Positions 59,409 through 64,000 of a DNA stretch of 64,000 bases are shown here, in pieces. How positions within the stretch are numbered: the stretch's first letter is position 1; the number at the start of each line of letters is the position of its first letter. The stretch comes from Candidatus Saccharimonadales bacterium. Its GTDB lineage: Bacteria > Patescibacteriota > Saccharimonadia > Saccharimonadales > Saccharimonadaceae. The notes under the pieces were generated by a model. It ran no database searches. It had not been told where the DNA came from and was given only the letters and a program-made list of their open reading frames with translations. The position numbers were made by a program, and so were the translations under genes. The stretch spans positions 35,519 to 99,518 of the forward strand of contig JBAQQX010000003.1 in assembly GCA_049295575.1 (NCBI GenBank). Reading direction: 5' to 3'.

Positions 59409-59483
59409 TGGTGATCTCACGGAGAATCGAACTCCGATTGCCAGGATGAAAACCTGGTGTCCTAACCGTTAGACGATGAGACC
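59409..59483 (-). tRNA. tRNA-Glu (anticodon UUC), CCA encoded
   Basis: Minus strand: GGTCTCATCGTCTAACGGTTAGGACACCAGGTTTTCATCCTGGCAATCGGAGTTCGATTCTCCGTGAGATCACCA. Confidence 0.93.
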
Positions 59484-59499
59484 ATGTTTAACTCGGATG

Positions 59500-59508
59500 A
59501 TTATAGCA
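59500..59508 (-). promoter_or_regulatory. Extended -10 box for tRNA-Glu
   Basis: TGCTATAAT on the minus strand, 16 nt upstream of the mature tRNA 5' end, preceded by a T-run. Confidence 0.55.
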
Positions 59509-59614
59509 AAAAAATAAGCCGCTGGCTAGGGTTATAGGCATAAATCAAACATATATCTTTCTGCCGCTATCTGGCATAAAGCTTGTGTTATCTATGGTTA
59601 TATGTTCTAAAGCA

Positions 59615-59643
59615 TTGACATTTTAGCCTATTTGTGGTAAATT
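59615..59643 (+). promoter_or_regulatory. Near-consensus sigma-70 promoter (P1)
   Basis: TTGACA, a 17-nt spacer, then TAAATT with TGG immediately upstream (extended -10). The nearest plus-strand CDS starts ~400 nt downstream at 60052. Confidence 0.55.
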
Positions 59644-60051
59644 TAATACATCACTGGTGAGCGAGGTGTGCGAGGTGGCTGACAGGTTACCTAGAGCTAT
59701 TACTCATCAAGTATGGGAACGTTAATAATCAGGTTATAACTTATTGTACTAACGTACATGTAAGTGCGGCCATAAGCACATAATTCACCCCTTTCTTTAA
59801 TTGTGTCTTTTTGGCTGCACTTGCAGCCGTTTAAGCATGTCCGCTCTGCGAGTGTCGATATCTTAAACGAGTACGTGAAATACGAAGAATTCAACAGGAA
59901 GTTTTCTCCGATAGGAGTGGCACAGTAGTCTGGTTATCCAACAAGGCTAGCGTGCCACTCCCATCATTCCCCGCAAAGGAGATGTGGCAGCTTTGGGCAT
60001 ACGCCTATCGCTTACTCGTCCCCTCGTGGGGAACAAACAAGGAGAAATACC

Positions 60052-61020
60052 ATGGAAAACAACACCGCACGCCAGCGACTCCTCAACATCCTCGGCGACA
60101 AGGAAAACAGTGCCGGTTCGGCAGTTGTCGACTTTGTCTCCGAGAGGTTGGAGGGCGTTGTCGATAAGATTGATGCCTTGATCACCGAATACAACGAGAC
60201 CAACAAACAGGCTCTCGCTCTGAAGGCTGACAAGGCGGACATCGACGAGATGAACGGTCGTCTTGCTGCAGCAGCCGCCGCCCTCACGGGTGCAGTTACT
60301 GCACGAGACACTGCCAAGCAGTCTGTTCACGCCAACCCCGCTTCGGCGAAGGAAAGCGTCGACCAGGCCGAGGCAGTAACCAGCCAAGCGGCCAAAGCAG
60401 TGTCCAATGCCACCCTTACCCTTGAATCGCTCAACGAGCGGATCGAGAGCCTTGAGGACTGGCGAACGAACACTGTCAATCCAACGCTCGCACAGCACAG
60501 AAGGTGGATCGAGGAGCTGCAGCAAAATGCAGGCCTCACTCCATCGGGCGACCAGCCCGCGACCGCCGAGGAACACGTCGCCTCGCAGTCAGTTCACCCG
60601 CCAACGCAGGTGCAGCCGACTGTCGAACGACGCCTCGAGGAACGCGAAGTTGTACGCACCCACTTCATGGACCGGACCGTTGACATCCGTCACTGGTCCG
60701 GTATGCAGTGGGCATGCGCGCTCATTCTGGCGATCGTCTTCATGTTCTGGCTCGGTCCCATCTTTTCGGAGTGGGCCCGCAGTGTACTACAGGGACACGC
60801 CTGGGACTGGGTCACTAACGTGATGCGGTTCCTTGGGTGGATCATCGCCCTCGCGATTGGTTTCTGCCTCGGTGGCGTTATCGGCACTTTGCTCGACAAC
60901 GCCATCAACAGCAGCAGCAGCGCAGCGCGACGTGAGGAGCGTGAATATCACGGCCACCACGTCGCGCACGACGATGGGCACCACAACGTCCGTGCGGACG
61001 AGCTTACCCACGCAAGGTAA
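60052..61020 (+). CDS. Hypothetical coiled-coil protein with two C-terminal TM helices and a His-rich tail (322 aa)
   Basis: SD AAGGAGAAATACC-ATG. Ala/Glu/Lys-rich heptad-like N-half, TM segments WACALILAIVFMFWLGPIF and FLGWIIALAIGFCLGGVIGTLL, tail HGHHVAHDDGHHN. The antisense 209-aa ORF is treated as a GC-rich shadow. Confidence 0.6.
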   Translation: MENNTARQRLLNILGDKENSAGSAVVDFVSERLEGVVDKIDALITEYNETNKQALALKADKADIDEMNGRLAAAAAALTGAVTARDTAKQSVHANPASAKESVDQAEAVTSQAAKAVSNATLTLESLNERIESLEDWRTNTVNPTLAQHRRWIEELQQNAGLTPSGDQPATAEEHVASQSVHPPTQVQPTVERRLEEREVVRTHFMDRTVDIRHWSGMQWACALILAIVFMFWLGPIFSEWARSVLQGHAWDWVTNVMRFLGWIIALAIGFCLGGVIGTLLDNAINSSSSAARREEREYHGHHVAHDDGHHNVRADELTHAR

Positions 61021-61156
61021 CACTTGCAGGGTGTGGAGATGCGTGCGTCAAATACGCAGGCTCAGCACTCAAAGTGCACACACCCACTGGTTGCATACAT
61101 ATCGCAACCCCTGACTCGCATGGCGCGAGCAGGACGAGGCCAAGAAAGGAAGTAAA

Positions 61157-62284
61157 ATGGCTTCTTCAAAGAAACGCTGGACCAATGGACTTATTGGTTC
61201 TATTGCAGCACTTGGGGTATGGGCCTTGCTGGTTCTTGGCTTCGGCCTGGCAACCGCCAACGCTCCTCGCTCCGAAGCAATAGCAAGTCCCTCAGCAACC
61301 GCAACTCCGTCGGCCACGGGGACCCCCACACCATCTGATGTCTGTGAAGCTCGGTTCGTTCAAGAACCCGATGCCCACGGCGACGATGGCAAGGTCGATG
61401 CAGGCTTTACGGCTGCCTACAACAAGAAAACCGCTGGCAAGTCCGGTGCAGATCTTGCAGTAGCACAGCGTGAAGTTCTGCTCGAGCGTGCTGGCGTTAA
61501 CGCCAAGCGTCTTGCAAGCTGGGCATACGCCAACGGCCTCCACAAAGACCCCAACGATTGGAAGGGTCTGGTGAGCGCTGACGGCAAGTGCCTCTCAACA
61601 GCAGGCATGATGCTGCATAGCAAGCTCGAAGGAGCACTCAAGGGCAACGGAGTTAACTTCTCCGAAGTCCAGGCTCCCGACAATGGGTACAACAGCGGTG
61701 TTGTCGATGGTTCGTTTGTTGTCGCGGAACGTCCGGGAATTGTAAGTGATCACAAAGCAATGCTGATCACCTACCCGAACGGTACAAAGGTATACATTCT
61801 TGTATACTGCGGCAACGTGATATTCCCTGCCCCTCCGGCAGGTGTACCGACGAGTCCAAAGATTCCACAGCCCGAAAAGCCCGTCCCTCCGGCAAACACC
61901 CCTCCGGTCACTGACTGCACGGCAACTCCAACGTTGCCCGAATGTCTTGCTCCGAAGACAGGGAATTGGATCGCTCCAACCCCTGGAGGAGACGGTACGA
62001 CCGACAGCGAAGGCCAGTGGCAGCAGTATGGACCCGGTGAATTTACCGGGTCTACGCCACCACAGGTAGTTACTCAGCAGCCTGGCGCAAGTAGTGGCGG
62101 CACTGTCGTTGACAGCGCTACCAAAGCACCTAGCAGCGAGACCGGAGGCCAAGCCCCCGGTGCTACCCAGGAAGTAAAGCCTTCCAAGCCGGCTGAAACT
62201 GGCGCCAATGATCCAACGGTCCAAAACCCGGATCAGCCAGAAGTTGGCGGCAACGATGGTCATATTGATAACCCGTTTGGGTAA
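61157..62284 (+). CDS. Hypothetical N-terminally anchored secreted protein with Ser/Thr/Pro linkers (375 aa)
   Basis: SD AAAGGAAG. TM/signal anchor LIGSIAALGVWALLVLGFGLA, linker SPSATATPSATGTPTPS, a Cys-containing central domain and a Pro-rich C-terminal third. Confidence 0.6.
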   Translation: MASSKKRWTNGLIGSIAALGVWALLVLGFGLATANAPRSEAIASPSATATPSATGTPTPSDVCEARFVQEPDAHGDDGKVDAGFTAAYNKKTAGKSGADLAVAQREVLLERAGVNAKRLASWAYANGLHKDPNDWKGLVSADGKCLSTAGMMLHSKLEGALKGNGVNFSEVQAPDNGYNSGVVDGSFVVAERPGIVSDHKAMLITYPNGTKVYILVYCGNVIFPAPPAGVPTSPKIPQPEKPVPPANTPPVTDCTATPTLPECLAPKTGNWIAPTPGGDGTTDSEGQWQQYGPGEFTGSTPPQVVTQQPGASSGGTVVDSATKAPSSETGGQAPGATQEVKPSKPAETGANDPTVQNPDQPEVGGNDGHIDNPFG

Positions 62285-62296
62285 GTCGTAGATCAC

Positions 62297-62332
62297 GAGT
62301 GGTGCTCGGTTGAGTCTAACCGCGCACCACTC
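62297..62332 (+). terminator. Long hairpin after the second cassette gene
   Basis: gagtggtgc-t-cggtt gagtct aaccg-c-gcaccactc (14 bp plus one mismatch), 13 nt after the TAA. Only a weak T-rich tail follows. Confidence 0.5.
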
Positions 62333-62514
62333 AACGTGCCTTCTTCGTATTTCACGGAATATTCTCCGAGGAGTTCAGTTTTCCGTTCGAGCGTTACTGC
62401 TCACGATGCAACTGATCTCCTCGAGATCACCCTTCTACACTAAGTTATAATCTGATTTTTCCCATAGCGATGTATATTAATAATTCGGCTTGCACACATC
62501 TTAAAGCATAAGCA

Positions 62515-62543
62515 TTGACAATTTGCAATAAATGATATATAAT
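62515..62543 (+). promoter_or_regulatory. Consensus sigma-70 promoter (P2) for the LPXTG protein gene
   Basis: TTGACA (62515-62520), a 17-nt spacer, TATAAT (62538-62543). SD AAAGAGGAGAG lies ~50 nt downstream. Confidence 0.7.
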
Positions 62544-62602
62544 AATGAAGATAATTAATTGGATCCAACCGAGAGACGGGCCAATAAAGAGGAGAGTTCA
62601 TA

Positions 62603-64000
62603 ATGGGTAAACTACTTACCGTAATGCGAAACGCCCCAAAACGCAGTAGCGCACTTGTTGCTATGATTGCAGCCGCAATCGTCGTACCAGCAGCTCTATT
62701 TGCCTGGGGACCAGATCGTCCAACGTACACAACCGAGAAGCCGGCTGACCATGTCACCTTCAACTCAATCACAAACAACCCTGTCCGCGGCGACGAACGA
62801 AACTTCGTCCAGGTTCGCGAAAAAGACGGCAGCCTTACTTACGTTGATGACATTTCACTCAGCGCAGGTAAAGAGTATGTCGTTAGCGTCTACTTCCATA
62901 ACAATGCAGCATCTAACCTAAATGCGAGCGGCATTGGTATTGCACACGGAGCAAGCGTCCGCGCTGAAATCCCTGCAATCGTACCTAGCGGCAGCGCTGG
63001 AACTAAGGCTGTTGGTTATGTTAGCGCAGCCAACGCAGCCCCACAGCAAGTTTGGGACCACGTAAACTTTAAGAACGCTACAGCTGGCGATATTGCACTT
63101 CGTCTCGTACCTGGTTCTGCAACAATGCACAGCCTTGGTAAGGTAAATGGCGCGACTCTTCCTGATAGTATTATCACGACTGGTGCACCACTTGGCTACG
63201 ACGCCCTTGATGGCAAAGTTCCTGGCTGTAATGAATTCGCAGGATATGTCACATTCCGCGTTAAAGCAGATCAGGCAGACTTTACTGTACAGAAGCAAGT
63301 ACGCAAAACTGGTACAACAGGATGGAAAGAATCTGTCGCTGCTAAACCAGGCGAAAGCGTTGACTACCTCGTTAACTACGAGAACAAAGGTACAACATGG
63401 CAGAATGACGTCATTATCAATGACATCCTTCCAAAAGGCCTCGTATACACTCCTGGCACAACAAAGCTCGCTAACTCAACAAACCCGAGCGGTATCAAGG
63501 TAAGCGACAATGTAACTAAGGGTGGTATCAATATCGGTAACTACAAGAACGGTTCAAACGCATTCGTAATGTTTAGCGCTACCGTGGCCAAAAACGATGA
63601 ACTACCTGTCTGTGGTGCGAACACTCTTCGCAACGTAGCGAAAGCCCAGACAAACAACGGTACCAAAGAAGATTCTGCGGACGTTACTGTTGATAAAACC
63701 TGTGTTGTCCCTAAAGATATCAAAGTCTGTGACCTTGCAAGTAAAAAGATCATCACTATTAAAGAAGATCAATTTGATGCAAAGAAACACTCTAAGAATC
63801 TAAAGGACTGTGAAGTACAGCCTGGTAAGATCACTGTCTGTGAACTTGCTTCAAAGAAAATCATCACTATTGATGAAAACAAGTTTGACGCAAGCAAGCA
63901 CTCAAAGAATGTTAAAGATTGTGAAACAACTCCAGTAACTCCTCCAACAACCCCGGCAGAACTTCCAAAGACTGGCGCGGGTGATGGTGTAGCCGCTGCC
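62603..64000 (+). CDS. LPXTG-anchored surface protein with DUF11-like repeat domain, 3' end beyond the window
   Basis: My own translation, since the frame is open to the window end and so is absent from the ORF track: MGKLLTVMRNAPKRSSALVAMIAAAIVVPAALFAWG signal, then FNSITNNPVRGDERNFVQVRE, VDYLVNYENKGTTWQNDVIINDILPKGLVYTPGT, two 37-aa Cys-containing repeats, and AELPKTGAGDGVAAA at 63949 onward. Confidence 0.8.
   Translation, partial: MGKLLTVMRNAPKRSSALVAMIAAAIVVPAALFAWGPDRPTYTTEKPADHVTFNSITNNPVRGDERNFVQVREKDGSLTYVDDISLSAGKEYVVSVYFHNNAASNLNASGIGIAHGASVRAEIPAIVPSGSAGTKAVGYVSAANAAPQQVWDHVNFKNATAGDIALRLVPGSATMHSLGKVNGATLPDSIITTGAPLGYDALDGKVPGCNEFAGYVTFRVKADQADFTVQKQVRKTGTTGWKESVAAKPGESVDYLVNYENKGTTWQNDVIINDILPKGLVYTPGTTKLANSTNPSGIKVSDNVTKGGINIGNYKNGSNAFVMFSATVAKNDELPVCGANTLRNVAKAQTNNGTKEDSADVTVDKTCVVPKDIKVCDLASKKIITIKEDQFDAKKHSKNLKDCEVQPGKITVCELASKKIITIDENKFDASKHSKNVKDCETTPVTPPTTPAELPKTGAGDGVAAA
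63710..63931 (+). repeat. Two tandem 111-nt (37-codon) coding repeats in the LPXTG gene
   Basis: PKDIKVCDLASKKIITIKEDQFDAKKHSKNLKDCEVQ / PGKITVCELASKKIITIDENKFDASKHSKNVKDCETT. Confidence 0.8.

Larger units (their letters stand above)
59874..62356 (+). mobile_element. Candidate 2.5-kb GC-rich gene cassette bounded by perfect 16-bp inverted repeats
   Basis: cgtgaaatacgaagaa (59874-59889) is the exact reverse complement of ttcttcgtatttcacg (62341-62356). The interior is 60-65 % G+C against 32-37 % in the flanks (hand counts). It holds two SD-led CDSs and a terminal hairpin, and no recombinase gene. Confidence 0.45.

Noticed and set aside
59409-59483. tRNA-Glu as the attachment site of an integrated island
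   Set aside because: The GC-rich cassette lies on the 5' side of the tRNA, ~390 nt away. There is no integrase gene, and I found no duplicated tRNA 3' fragment. The inverted and direct repeats bounding the cassette are unrelated to the tRNA sequence.
58903-59900. Replication origin at the strand-switch point
   Set aside because: There are no clustered TTATCCACA-like DnaA boxes (only loose TTATCT/TTATCCAAC strings) and no dnaA/dnaN nearby. I cannot compute GC skew by eye.
59947-60576. 209-aa minus-strand ORF (and the similar 233-aa ORF at 61595-62296) inside the GC-rich cassette
   Set aside because: Long antisense ORFs are expected in 60-65 % G+C DNA. They lack SDs and have Arg/Gly/Cys-rich junk-like composition. 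The plus-strand ORFs have strong SDs, TM helices and sensible domain structure.

Overview
Dense, mostly minus-strand housekeeping region of a small-genome bacterium. By inference it fits a Saccharibacteria (TM7)/CPR-like organism: six type IV pilin paralogs share a near-identical GFTIVELLIVIVIIGILAAITIVAYNGIQ N-terminus, there is an LPXTG surface protein, the aminoacyl-tRNA synthetases are short, and there are no biosynthetic operons. Confident content: DNA repair and replication (rarA, uvrC, uvrA, sbcB, ruvX, pcrA, an SRAP homologue); translation (typA, obg, alaS, metG, rsmA, bL25, mnmA plus cysteine desulfurase, trhO); lower glycolysis (pyk-pgk-tpiA); envelope and division (ftsA, mltG, LysM-CHAP hydrolase, RpfB-like protein, secG); a GT4 / GDE-like / GH37 trehalase trio; and four tRNAs (Gly-GCC, Phe-GAA, Leu-GAG, Glu-UUC). 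I saw no rRNA, CRISPR array, integrase or transposase. Main hunt results: (1) Two compositionally foreign, GC-rich inserts are each bracketed by perfect short inverted repeats sharing a TGAAATA core. One is 397 bp at 19.8-20.2 kb. The other is a 2.5-kb two-gene cassette at 59.9-62.4 kb beside tRNA-Glu. Both have the layout repeat, SD, ORF(s), long hairpin, repeat. (2) About 18 genes or operons have a (TGn)TAnAAT -10 box 6-10 nt upstream of the ATG and no Shine-Dalgarno, which implies widespread leaderless mRNAs. This re-sets the starts of alaS, pyk and the DedA gene. (3) The SRAP/YedK homologue lacks the catalytic Cys2 (MSSRY instead of MCGR). (4) tRNA-Gly carries a covarying U19:A56 elbow pair in place of the near-universal G19:C56. 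(5) A CsoR-type palindromic operator sits exactly in the spacer of a leaderless csoR-like promoter. (6) The YitT-family gene has a probable AUC start. Everything was derived by eye from the sequence; no searches were run.
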